A stretch of DNA of 63,482 nucleotides, counting the filler, from Stramenopiles sp. TOSAG23-6 (Eukaryota): assembly GCA_900128565.1 (NCBI GenBank). It is 7 parts of 7 records of this genome, joined end to end, with 100 filler letters (N's around TTAATTAATTAA, not from the genome) between each part and the next. Parts side by side here need not be neighbours in the genome. Positions count along the whole stretch, not along the records: positions 41,451 to 51,692 come from LT636327.1; positions 51,793 to 62,011 come from LT636328.1; 5 more parts are not named here. One strand, given 5' to 3'. Position 1 is the stretch's first letter, and the number at the start of each line of letters is the position of its first letter. The notes beneath the pieces are model-generated. The model was not told the origin of the DNA, ran no database searches, and worked only from the letters and a program-made list of their open reading frames with translations. A program made the translations under genes and the position numbers. This document shows positions 46,801 to 59,640 of the stretch, in pieces.

Positions 46801-49800
46801 GAACCTCCAATAAATCCATCCATACATGTCAAGGCACAGTAACCATCAGTACTTGTTGTTTTGCATGTGTTTTTTGAAAATGACGATATTTCTTCGCCAT
46901 CTAACAATTTATATTTGTTGGTCTCCGCATTAGCTTTGTGTGTGTTTGTCATATTTGAAAACCCAGCTTGACAATGACTTTTTATTGGTGTACATGGTAC
47001 CAAAGAGAACTCTTTGTTTACATTACACGTAATACTACCATTTTCATAGCCATCTACACATCTAGTATCACACGTTGCAAATGCACTCACTGTCTTGCAG
47101 GTATTAAGTACATACCCATTACTGACATCATTACCATTAACCAGCTTCATATTATGTGCCTGTTTGTCAAAATATGTCTTAAAATTTTGGTCGTGGAAGG
47201 CACAGTAACTCGATATTGGTGTACATGATCCTATCCATCTGCCTTCAGTGCTATCACTCTTTCTCTGCCAAACCGGCGAACCTTGGTAACCCTCACTACA
47301 TGAACACACAGCTCCAACCAAGTTATACCCCTTGCCAGTGCAACCAACTGTAACTACTACGTCAGTGCAATCTGCATTTTGCCATGATTTAGAAAAACTA
47401 TTCCATGATATGATTTTATTGTTTTTGGGAATGTAACCTGTTTTGCAATAACAATATCCACTGCCTTTATCAACATTATTGCCATTACAAGAAGACTCCC
47501 TACTTCCACATTTTACCAACGCGAATCGTTCGTTGGCTTCACATGTTGCACTTCCATCACTAAAACCATCTTTGCAGATAACTGCGCAATTTCCATCAGT
47601 CGAAGTATTTGCGCAGGTATCTACTGTAATTTCAGAGTCTCCACCAAGAGTCTTGAAATTAGCTTCACCGAAATCACTTTTAAAAACATTAAACACAGAT
47701 GAACCTAATTTCTTCAAATTACAATGTCCTGGAACAGCAACACATGTACCAGTCCATGTAGCAGACTCAAAATTCCATTGTTTAGTACCAGTATATCCCG
47801 TGTCGCAGGTACAAGAGCCAGGGGAATATTTGTGACCTTTTGCAGTACACCCAGAATTCTCAGCAGTACAAGAACCTGTCCAGGACCAAACATTGTCAAC
47901 TTCTTTCCATAATATATTCACAGCTTTATAACCTGTATCACATGTACAAGTACTTTTGTTGTTTGCCGAAGAATAAACCATTTTTGGCATATCACAACCT
48001 TTATTAGAAGATGTACAAGGGGTAACCTCATAGGTACCGGATGACTCACATTCAATGCGACCACCATCAAAACCAATCTCACATTCTAAGTTGCAAATGC
48101 CAAATGCGTTGAGCATTTCACATGCACGGTGATCAACATTTTCTACGAGTGCACCATCTACTTTGTGAAAGTGATAGACAGATGTATTTTTAGCTTGTGT
48201 TTCAACGCTGTCACTAGCACAGTGTAGGGTAGATACTGTGCAACTTCCAGTCCATGTTTTACTATCAGCATTCCACGCAATATTACCAGAGTAACCTGCA
48301 TTGCAAGTACATGTGCTAGTACCAGCATTTGTATCATATACATGTTTTTTGCCAGTACCAGCGCACGACACTGGTTCACAGCTACCTGTCCACTGTGGTG
48401 GTGATGAAGACCAGCTGATAACGTCCACTTCCTTTTCCTTGAACCCAGTTTTGCAAAGGCATCCCTTCACACCCTCGCCTGAAGAATCCATACCAACACC
48501 AGAACAACCTGTGTTAATATCCTGACAAGCATTTACAGTGAACTTACCATTTGATCCACACAGTAATGAACCATTTCCATAACCAAGTTCACAGGTAGTG
48601 TCTCTACAGTTTGAAAATGCGTCTGTGTCATTACACCAACCACTTCGTGGCATCATGTGCAAAGTATAGAGAAGAGAAGTAATCACTGATGCTGTTGATG
48701 GGCATCTATAGCAATCATCCTCAATTGTAACAAAACCGATAGATACACCAAGCTCCTTGGCCTTACTTGCACATTCATCATTCGAATATTTTACTCCGGG
48801 AGGGTTTAATTGTTGAGTAACATCATCACACGATGTATCAGGAAGAATCATTTCCTTGTTAAATATTTTAGCGAAATGACCAGCTGAAATATCTGCATAT
48901 GTAAATTGATGTAACTTACAGTGTTGGGGGGTGGGTACACACAAACCTGTCAGACACATAATTCCAATTTATTGTCTGCCCACCAGCACCTGCATCTGTA
49001 GTATAACCAGTCGAACATTTACATTGATCGGCCTCGATCGTAAAACTTGGACCAGTACATCCATCTGAAGTTTGGCTGCAAGTCCCAACAAACTTTTCCA
49101 ATGAATTATTCCAAGATATACCAGCACTGCCTTTATACCCAACGTTGCATCCACACGTATGAGAATCTACTTTATATTTATGATCAATAGCAGAACAACC
49201 CTGGCTAGTCGCGGAACAAGTGCCTTTCCACTTACTATTACTTACATCCCAAGAAATGGTGTTGTCACCAGTGTACCCCGCAGCACACTCGCAGTGAGTT
49301 GTCGAGGAACTATCATACTTAAACTCGGGCGTTGTTGTACAACCATTATCACTTGGAGTACATGGGTTCACTGTAAATGAACCAGATGCACTACAGGACA
49401 CAGCGCCATTAATATATCCTGGTTTACAAGTTATTGAACAGAGCGACAATGCATCTACACCATTACATGAATCATTATCCAACCCATCAGAAACATCTAC
49501 ACCGACCGTTTTGCCTGCAATAGAGCTGAAACTTCCAGTTCTAACGGCAGATATGTTTAATGTACCATCACAATAGTTTTCAACTATAGTACATTTATCA
49601 ACTTTAAATTCCCCATTTGCTTGGCATGTTATACCCCCAGCTTTATAACCATCCAAACACGTGTGTGTGCATGAACTAAAAGCAAATGTATTATCACATG
49701 TGGTGCTTGAAAATGATTCCACAGTTTTGTCATCGATAGTCTTCATGTTGAACCCAGCAACACTAAAATTATCATTCATACAATGTTTCGCTGTTGGGGT

Positions 49801-51692
49801 ACAATTTACAACTGAAAATTTACTAGTATTTAAACATGTAATGCTACCTCCAGAGTAGCCTGCCTTACACGTTACTGGACACGTATTATCGGTGGCGGTG
49901 TCATTACAAGTATTAATATTCCAAGCGTCAGTTCCACCAACGTCTTTTGTATGCTGTACACTCAGATTCGAATTAAGCCAAACATTATCGTCTTTACAAA
50001 ATTTTTGTATCGCCGTGCACTTAACAATTTGAAAAGTACCTGTTGAAGCCAGACACTTCACTGTACCGCCAATATACCCAGATTGACACTCCACAGCACA
50101 CTGAGCGTCTGCAGCTGTGTTTCCACATGTACTTGCAAGAGTATCCGTAACATTCACACCATCTACTTTACTTATATAAGTTTCATTGAAAGAACTTGGT
50201 GATAAATCTCCGCTACAATAAGATGCTTTTGGTGTTGCCGGTACCACTGAGAGAGTACCGTTGATAACATCACCAGTACATTTCACAGATCCGTTCTCAT
50301 AACCGTCCAGTGGCACGACGTTGCAAAAAGTATCTGTAGCATAGCCTCCAGTGAGTGAACAGTCAACACTTTTGAATTTTTGCAAAGTCCAATAAGCTCC
50401 ATTTTTACTAGAATAATCAACTTCACAGTGTCGCACTTTTGGTGTAGATTTGATAACAGTATATGTTCCACCAACTGGATTTATATTAGCCGTGCATTTT
50501 GCACTGCCGCCTTCGTAACCTAAACGAGGGACAACTGCACAATATGTATTCGTACGCAAACCTGTTTCGGTCAGACACGTCACTGAAGTAAAGAAATTGT
50601 TATTCTTGACTAATTCCGTAAAATGTGTAGAAAATGCAGATGTACAATGATTTGCGTAACCAGTACATGCAGTTACCTTGTATGATCCATCAGATGAACA
50701 TTCTACATTACCTGATTCGTATCCATCAGAACATGTAATTGTCTTAACACAAGATGGTTCACTTTCTCCTGGTGCGCATCCGCATTTCGCATCAGTAGCG
50801 GTACCATCACAGATATTTCCTGTTCCAGTATATGTCTCGCCACCTAGCTTTTTTATGTAATTATTATCCATGTCATTACTTGAAGAAAACGGCGCAGATG
50901 CATCACAATGTGTACCCTTTGGAGTTGCTGCTACAATAATGTAGGTACCACCAGCAGAACATGTTATAGACCCTCCAGAGTATCCTTCTGCGGGAACTAC
51001 GGTGCACTTCTCGCCAATTGTCTTTTTACCGGTACAATCTGCAGAAATAAAATGGTGCTGGGCTCCAAAAGCCGGTGCAGAACCACTACAGTAATTTTGA
51101 ATTAACCCACAAGGTTGTATGGAATATAAACCAGTCTCCGCTGTACATGTTACCGAACCACCTTCATAGCCATCAATACATATATGTGAACATGCTTCTG
51201 TTGCTTTTGTACCATTGCATGTAGTTGCATTTACGGAGGTACTTTCTATACCACCCACTGTCTTAATAAACACATTATCTCGAGTTACACCACCGAAATT
51301 TGAAACTGATGACATGACATGACTATTACAGTGACCAGCAATAGTAGAACACGAAGATACGTCCCACACAGACCCGTTCCACGTAGGGGTGCCAGTGTAT
51401 CCATTTGAACACTCACATGACCCATCCCCGCCCGTGCCTTTCGGACTCGTGCAAGTAGCTTTCTGGTTGTTACACAAACCTTCTAAGTTTTTTGGTGACC
51501 ATGCACCGTTCTTACATTCTGGGATGTTAGAAGAGTCCTTTGAATAACCTTTGGTACAAACAAATGAAGCAAAGGAACCTTGCTGACGTTGAGAAAAATT
51601 AGAGGCAGCGGGATTGGTGTAGCTCACGATACCATTAAGGATACTCTGATTGGGACATGTTTGCACCAAACATGTTCCACTCCAACTACCAG
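43896..51692 (-). CDS. Fragment of giant Cys-rich repeat protein (sushi/EGF-like; frameshift near 48950)
   Basis: ORFs 48916-51669 and 43857-48959 carry the same two repeat types; N-terminal sushi-like C..GY...C.NG.W. Confidence 0.78.
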
Positions 51693-51796
51693 NNNNNNNN
51701 NNNNNNNNNNNNNNNNNNNNNNNNNNNNNNNNNNNNTTAATTAATTAANNNNNNNNNNNNNNNNNNNNNNNNNNNNNNNNNNNNNNNNNNNNAAAA

Positions 51797-51845
<49 letters not shown>

Positions 51846-51855
51846 GGTAAAAATT

Positions 51856-51900
<45 letters not shown>

Positions 51901-51925
51901 TAAATTTAAAATATAAAAAACCTAC

Positions 51926-53521
51926 ACATTCTAGGAAATGATTACAACGCGTAAACACACCTTGCCACGTGTCATCTTCCCAAAAGAAATCTGGAATGTC
52001 TAATAACATGCTGTGTAAATTCACAGCAGATTGAAGAACGAATAATCTGCCAATTTCTTTGCAAATTGTCTCTTCTTCTACCTTTACTTTTAGGAAAATA
52101 TTAAAATATTTTTTCTTAGGTACAAATTTTTTTTACGAAAAAAAAAAATTTTTACGAAAAAAAAATGATAAAATGAAAAATGGTTAGGGTTAGGGTTGAA
52201 AACGTACATGTAAACTTCCATCATCAGCCATTAATCGAGGAAAATGTTTGGAATGTTCGATGGCCTCATCAGCACGAAATTCAAATGTTGATAACAACAC
52301 GGATTGTGAAAAAGTATTTCAAAAACAAAATCGTTAGGTACAAAATTTCGTATAAAAAAAATAAATTCGAAATTGAAATGAAAACGTACACGGATTGTGC
52401 AAATGCAAATGAAACTGCCAATTTTTCCTCAGGGCTGGTTGTTGANAAAACAACTTCGTCTCTTTTGATNCCGGATTTAATACCAAATTTGAAAATCATG
52501 TATAGTAAAAAATAAATCTTCAATTTGAAATTGGTCAGAAAAAAATCGTTATGTACAAAATTTTCATAGTAAAAAATAAATCATTATGAAAAACANACAT
52601 GTCATCAGACTCAATTTCTTTGAGGGATTCCGTTTCAAGTCCATTTTTCCGNATAGATTTCAACAAAGATGTATTGGAAAAAAATATTTTTGTATTTTGT
52701 TAGGTATGAAATTTCGTACCAAAAAAAAATTGATAAAAAATTGAAAAAAAATTAGACATTAGGGTTAGGGTATTCTATTTAGAAAACCTACAGAGTTCAG
52801 CTTCCTTTGTTAATCCCCAAAATACAACACAACCAAAGGAAAATATAAAAATATTCGCTGATTTGATAAGCTTTTCTTCTATATAATGACTACTGGGAAA
52901 GCGAATATACGTGAATAAATATTTCAAAAATTTATTTTCGTTAGGTACGAAATTTCATGGTAAAAAAATAAATTGAAAATTCATGATGAAAAAAAAAACA
53001 TACATGTTTTNTGTTGACGAAGTTTCTTTTTTGGTTGCTTCATCCAATGTATCTACACCCGAATCAGATGCACTGGCATCAGATCGTTGATTTACCAAAG
53101 TACTGTGAAGCTTTTGTGCTTCCAAAATATCAGCTTTGTATGTTTTGGGGAATACGTGTAACTCCTCCATATACATAAAAGAACCCCATTGAGGACCTAA
53201 ACCGTCTATTCTATTAATTANACTTTTCATTTTCTCAGTATCTATTGTTTTACATGTACAATATGCAGAAATTACACCTTTTGGAGCTTGGCCATGACGT
53301 GGATGGTACTTACGGATACGTCGCTTGGATTTTCGGAAACTATATTTAGGGTCTAGTTCCCGTGGAAATCCAATTGGGTTAATTGAGCTATAGCTAGGAT
53401 TGGATTGACGATACGTTTTTAACTCTGCGCCTTTGTTCCTTGTTAAGCCCATTAACTCCGAGTTAGTTGCAGTCACTTTCTTAGCAAACCATCCGGGTTT
53501 ATTCGATGATTTAGGTAACAT
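51926..53521 (-). CDS. DUF155/RMD1-family protein, 3' incomplete
   Basis: ISAYCTC, IFIFSFGCVVFWGLT, DDM, EEKLAVSFAFAQSV|LLSTFE, IGRLF...VNLHS.LLDIPDFFWE after removing five introns. Confidence 0.87.
52082..53003 (-). other. Five family introns: 52905-53003 (AT), 52669-52791 (AT), 52498-52598 (AT), 52299-52389 (GT), 52082-52207 (AG); a sixth starts at 51925
   Basis: Excision restores the DUF155 motifs in one frame. Confidence 0.82.
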
Positions 53522-53681
53522 TTTTNGAATCGTTGACCAGTTTTTACTGTAGTGTTCTACCTTCAAATAAAAGAAGATTTTGATAGCCAATGCCAATAGT
53601 ATAAACCCTAACCCTAATCGTAATGTAACTTTTTGTATTGATTTTTATGTTGTTCTGTATTAGTTTACCAGTTCGAGTTAA

Positions 53682-54662
53682 TTACAGTTTATGATATATT
53701 TTATCTTTGTGATGTCCTCTCTTGCTTACATGTTTTGAAAGTATTTCTGTCTGTTCTGGTGCATGTTTTGAGAAAAATCCGAAAAGTATAAGGAGAACTA
53801 TCATACCACAGTACTGAAGATATTCTCTTCGATTGCCTCGTTCAATACTATGTCTTTTAAATATAGTATATTTCTCTGTAGACACGTAAACATCCCAATG
53901 ATCTTCTATTTCGGATTTATTGGGAACATAATCCCAAATCAAAACTGCTGCAGCTCTTGTTGTAACAATTGCACCCACTAAAACTGTTGCAACAGTCTGT
54001 CTATGATAAAACGCGTCACGATGTCTTATCAGACTATAACGGTAAGATGCTATGAACCCAATAAATGCTGAAAATATATATTGCATCATCCATGGTGCGC
54101 TTGATATCAGATCTGCGTTTAAAATTTGATAAATAAATTCACCAAAGAGAAAACCAGCCGCAAACATATATATAATTAATGCTTTCCTTGGTGACTTTAT
54201 AAAAAAGATGAGGCATAATAAAGCTGCAGTTGAAGCAGCGGCTATTGATATATAGAATTTATGTTTAAGTGGGTCTGATGACCACCGTGCCCAATCGATG
54301 TGTACTCCAAAGAGGAACCAGAACAAACAGTGACCCATCAAGCACGCAGCTCCCATTATAATTTTTACTTTATCATATTTAGAGTACAAAAAAATGGAAA
54401 AAAGTCCAAGAACGATTAAAAAACCTTCATAGACTTTCACAATCNTATTACTGTGAGGTAAAGGCTTGGTTGTGGTGTTTGTGATGGAAGAGTCTGTTAT
54501 TTTATATGTTTGATCCTTTCTGAAGACACTTTGCCTTTTAGCTGTATTTTGCCTTTTAGCTGTATTTCCTTTGGGTACTACTTCCGTTATTTGTAAAGCT
54601 TCTTGCGCAGCGACTGTTTGAAGAAGGATGATAAATACTAGGGAAAGATCCCGTAATGACAT
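53682..54662 (-). CDS. Signal peptide + multi-pass membrane protein (TMEM198/DUF4203-like topology)
   Basis: 326-aa ORF with about 7 hydrophobic segments. Confidence 0.6.
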   Translation of the reverse strand: MSLRDLSLVFIILLQTVAAQEALQITEVVPKGNTAKRQNTAKRQSVFRKDQTYKITDSSITNTTTKPLPHSNXIVKVYEGFLIVLGLFSIFLYSKYDKVKIIMGAACLMGHCLFWFLFGVHIDWARWSSDPLKHKFYISIAAASTAALLCLIFFIKSPRKALIIYMFAAGFLFGEFIYQILNADLISSAPWMMQYIFSAFIGFIASYRYSLIRHRDAFYHRQTVATVLVGAIVTTRAAAVLIWDYVPNKSEIEDHWDVYVSTEKYTIFKRHSIERGNRREYLQYCGMIVLLILFGFFSKHAPEQTEILSKHVSKRGHHKDKIYHKL

Positions 54663-54947
54663 AGTTTCAGCAATTTCAAGTTAATCTGTTTCTTTAGACC
54701 AAACACTGCTTTTGATGAGACATTTTGTCTTTGTGAATTGAAATGATACCGTATCTTGTTTCGGCTGAGAGAGATTTAAAAAAATTTGAAATTTAATTTG
54801 GAAACCCTAACCCTAGCTAGATGGTCGACGACATCGATCATCAGCACAGGCACACAAGTGCCACAAGCACAAAAAATATAAGAAAAAGATATGTTTTTTC
54901 CTACGTACAAGTTTTCAACGAAGAGAGATCATACTACTAAAGTGCAA

Positions 54948-56238
54948 ATGTCAAAGTCATTCGCAGAATGCATTCTTAATGGTGAAGCTGAAGCCGTATC
55001 TGAAATCCTCAAGAAANCTGANTCGCCAGCGCAGTTTTCTGCCAAAAAAATTAATAATNGTTTAACACACTTTCATCTGGCGTGTATGTCAGGACATAAA
55101 AATATTGTTGACATCATATTAAAAGCTGCAGGTTCGGGTATTCTTATGGAACAAGATGCACTGCAACGTTTCCCAGTATTTTGTGCGATTGAAAAGGGAC
55201 AAATAGAAGTATCGAAATTACTCATTGAAAAACTTGATGAAAAGAATTGGACTTCAAAAATGCTCATGAGACTTGATAGCCGTGGGTTTAACTGCATTCA
55301 TCTCGCAGCAAGATGTGGCGACTCAAAAACATCGGAATCACTTCTCAGAATTGTTCTCCCATATGCAACTACTGCACAAGATATATATACTCGTAGCTCA
55401 AGTGGACTTTCCTCATTAGACTTTGCTGCAGCGACTGGTGCAGCGGTTTCAGTGAAACTACTGCTAGATAGACTTTTCAAAATATTAACTACAAATAGTG
55501 AGAACTCTTCAAAAAATATAGTTATTGATGAAACGTTTTTGGAATTTACAAATACTGCTCTATTGTTAGCTTGCAAAGAAGGTCATAAAGATGCAGCTAT
55601 TAATCTTGTTGCTGGTGGTGCTAATGTAGATATTATTGGTCCGGATGGCATGTATGTTTTAATTTTTTTTCAACTTCGTTTTTTTTTTCGTACGAAATTT
55701 TGTACCTAACGATTTTTTTTTGAAATATTTGAGTGTCGCGCATTGGGCCTTTTCGCTAGGACACGAGAGCTTAGGCATTTGGTTACTCAAAAAGAGTTCT
55801 AATCCAAGTATTCTCAATAAAGATGGTAAAACAGCAAATGAGTGTTTACCACCACCAATTCCATTAGTAAATGATTCTAGTTTGATTAAACAGAAAGTGA
55901 AAATGTCAATTGCTCCGCCAAGTTTAACAGCTACACAAAAAGATAAAATTTTCAAAGAAATTCAAATTGTACAAGAAAATGACAAATCATGGTTAGAGAG
56001 TGCTTCAGGTAAAAAGTTGAGACAGTTAATTAGTTCCTTTGTTGGCTTAGTTTTAGAAAAGCAGCCAAACAACGTACATTTTCATTATGAATTTTTTACC
56101 GAATGTTTTTTTTCATGCGAAATTTTATACCTAACAATTTATTTTTGAGTGTTTTTGTTTTTCACAATATAGGATAATGAAATAGAAAAAATTGCGATTG
56201 ATTTTTTTGTGAAAAATCGGGGGAAATCGACAACTTGA
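54948..56238 (+). CDS. Ankyrin-repeat protein with C-terminal RIIa/Dpy-30-like segment
   Basis: THFHLACMSGH, NCIHLAAR, TALLLACKEGH; VLEKQPNN|DNEIEKIAIDFF. Introns 55652-55730 and 56074-56172. Confidence 0.8.
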
Positions 56239-56899
56239 ATTTGAAATGCACATTGAAATGCACATTGAAATGCACATTGAAATGCACATTGAAATGAACA
56301 TTGAATTGAAGATAAATCAAAATATATTTTTTATTGTATTTTTACAACGTTTCCTTTTGTTTTTTTAGATATTGCTGAGTGTATCGATGAAATTATTGTT
56401 TCTTTTTGAGATGGGCTGCATAACTTGTCAAGTTTTCCCTGTAATAGTGTACTAATTTCTTTGGTAACTACACTCTCTATTTCTTTCTCAGATAATGTTG
56501 AACAATTATTTTGTTCGTTTATAGAATTGATTATAGTATCATTACTTTCAGTAGAACTTTTAGAAGTTGTAAAATGCCGAGGAGAAAAAATTGGAGAAAT
56601 TTCCTTATTATCATTGTCAAATTCAAGAGCTAGAATGAATTCTAAATAATCAAAGTCAAATGTATTATCATTATAACCTCCATACTTTTCATGATTAATA
56701 AAATACGCGAATAATTCTGCATACTCTTCAAACGTTCCCCGAATTTGGAGCGCTCTCATTCCCATTTCAAATGTCGGAGGATTAATTTCCCCTCCACGAT
56801 GAATGTATTTAGAAAAAATATTTTATATTCAATTTGTTTGTTAGGTACAAAATTCCGTACGAAAAAAAAATAAATTTGAAATTAATTTTGAAAACGTAC
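55652..56899. other. Family introns 55652-55730 (+, ends TT, 3' block missing), 56074-56172 (+, AG), 56803-56899 (-, AT)
   Basis: In-frame joins PDGM|SVAHW, QPNN|DNEI, PLGI|HRGG. Confidence 0.72.
56241..56306. repeat. 12-bp tandem repeat TTGAAATGCACA x~5
   Basis: Directly visible, immediately after the ankyrin gene stop codon. Confidence 0.85.
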
Positions 56900-59289
56900 A
56901 TTCCTAAAGGTTCATGAAAATCGCTAATGTCACCATTATAAGCACTAAATTTCCCAGATTCTTGAATCGCTTTAAAAATGAATTTTGCTCTTTGTTTCTT
57001 TCTAAATAATTGATGTCGTAATGTTCGTTGTCTTGCAATTCGCTTTTCATGGTGAAGCGAAATTTCATTAGTCATATTATTCATATTTCTGGGAGATTTC
57101 GGACTTGAGACGATATCATTGCGTTTGTTTTGGGTTTCCGTTCCATTTAGATACTTACAAATTTTTTGTAATACATCAAATACAATATAACGTTGTTTCT
57201 TTGAATCAACAGCTCTGAATAGGTTTTTAATATCACAATCTAAAACTATAGACCTCAAACCTGCTGCATAAACTGCCTCACATAATCTTGGATACGTTAT
57301 GTTATTCCCAGTTCTATCACAGCTTAAATTTGATAAAATTTGTGCACCAATTCCGTGTTCAATGCTAATTTTTCGTAGGCGTTGTATTGTACGTGGTTTC
57401 AGTGTTGACATGTAAGAGTGAAATGCTTGAATATTATTCTTTTCAATTTTCTCTGTCTCTGAAATCGGTCTAAATACTACAGCAAGTAATTTTTCTGAAT
57501 CTTTTTTAGTAATGAAGCCATCACCGTCTATATCTAACAACGAAAACATTCGAAGCTCATTGGAAACTCCATGTATCAACTTTATCCGACAACTGAGAAG
57601 ACCTCGTTGAAACTCATCGAAACGTAGTTTGTGTAGATATTTCTTGTTATTAATATTTGTTGTACAATTATATGCTTTGAATATATCTCTCACTTGATAC
57701 CTCGTTGCCTCTAACGCATTCCGAAGAGGTTCAAGCAATCGCCACCTACGTTTTTTTTCATTAACACTATAATTTGACTTTAATAAATCAGAACTTAATA
57801 ATGGAGTTTGTGGAGTTTTCTGATTTTGTTGAATATTACTAGATGATATTGTATCATCCAGTAGATTTGTTGAATGTGTCGAAAAATCTTTTGTTTTTAT
57901 CTTAAGTGACGTTTTTGTTTCTCCAAGAATTTTAGTAGTATTATTAATATTATTTTTTGTGTTTGAATGAGTAACATTGTTAGTAACATGGTAATTTTTA
58001 TCTGAATCGTTTTTTTCTCCCAAAAAAACTTGAAATTTATGTTTTCGCGATAAATTTCCAAACACGTCAATCATTTTCGGTATAACCTCCACTATTCTTT
58101 GAATCACTTTAAAGGAGACACACCTCCGTTTTTCAACATCAAGATGATCAAATACACACATTATCGTATCTAAAGCTAAATCACGAGCCCCAGCAGCATA
58201 CACAGCCCTACGGAACCTTTTTGCGGTTATTGTCTCTCCTTGACGGTCACTACTTAGGTTTGATAATACTTGTGCACCAATTCCAATTCCTTGCCCCGCA
58301 TTAAGTTTTCGTATATACAGACGATTCGAAGGTTCTAAAGTAGAAATATACGTGTAAAGCGCATATAACTCGTCCATTCCATATGTAGTTGATGTTTTTG
58401 ATGTTTTTGAGTTTTTTGATGTTTTTGAGTGTTTAGTCTTTTCCGTGACAAATTTTGTGAGCATTTGATTTACATCCAGCCAGGTAAAAGTACATGCTAA
58501 CATAGACGGATTAGCGACTGATATTTCAAGGTTGTCAAAGAATAAAAATTTTAGCATTTGGAATAAAAATGAAACATCTCTCATCGGTGCCAAAACACCC
58601 AATGCTGTCAAGCCATGTTCAAAATGTTCTAATGACATTGTGTCGCAGTTTTCTATTATATTGATTTCCCCTGGGCTTTTCTGAAATATTTTTTGACGTT
58701 TTTTCTCAAGCGATTTTATAATATGTGTAAAAGTATTTCGAGTACACTTGCGTGATGCAATGTGTTGTAATCGCCGAAGTAAACGCAACGCCTTAGACTT
58801 TTGGATATCGCTTAAAATATTATTTGGATTTTCAATTGATTCTTCGTTTAAAAGTTGTCTTGAGATTAATCGATCATCATTAAGGACGTCAAATTCCTTC
58901 TTCAACTCACTAAATAATAATATACCACTTCCATTCAAATTAAATGCTTCAAATATATCTTCAATTAGTGTGTCAGGAAGATCTAAGCTTGCAGCTATAC
59001 ACCCAGATGTAAACTGCGCCAATGTGATTTTGTTAGACTTTAAAGGGTCCATATGAGACCATATGCCTCCAAGGCTCTGACCCTTTTTATGCACTGCTTC
59101 ACGAAATACATCTATCAGAATTAATCTCATCTCTTCATATTCACGACCTTGTTTCACAGCATCACTTACTTCATATTCAAGTTCTAGATGATTCTTATAT
59201 ACAAAATGTCCTAAACGATGACGTTGTAAAAGATTAGCACTGATTAAATTTCCAGGATTTTCAGCGCGTCGCTTTCTACTAAATGGCAT
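56331..59289 (-). CDS. Multi-EF-hand-like protein with internal duplicated domain
   Basis: DIDGDGFITKKD, NLNGSGIL; duplicated GIGAQ(V/I)LSNLS.DR.G..IT..R...AVYAAG. Intron 56803-56899. Confidence 0.75.
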
Positions 59290-59640
59290 TGTATCACGTG
59301 TTTGTATTATATATGATACATGCCGGAATGTTATGGAAGAGTAGCAAGAGCGAAATCTCTACAGTTGAAAAATGTACGGAGGAAAGCACTGCTATAGTTG
59401 GGGATATACTTTTATCAATATTAGTAATATAGGCTAGTTACTATAGCTAAGGCTAAAAGTACAAACGTTTCATCGTCTGACAAATATAACGGACGTTGTC
59501 GCTGTCATGACATTTAGTAGGAACTAGGGCTACTCGTTCACTCTTTTGTTTGTTTCTTTTCAATACATTTTAAACGTATTTGTGTAGTAGTACTGCTCAA
59601 GACGTAGTAGTATTTGTGCATAAAGGAAGGCAGGAAGGAA

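Noticed and set aside
42262-48959. Programmed frameshifts in the Cys-rich genes (~42273, ~48950)
   Set aside because: One lies in a G homopolymer and the assembly is noisy; sequencing error is more parsimonious.
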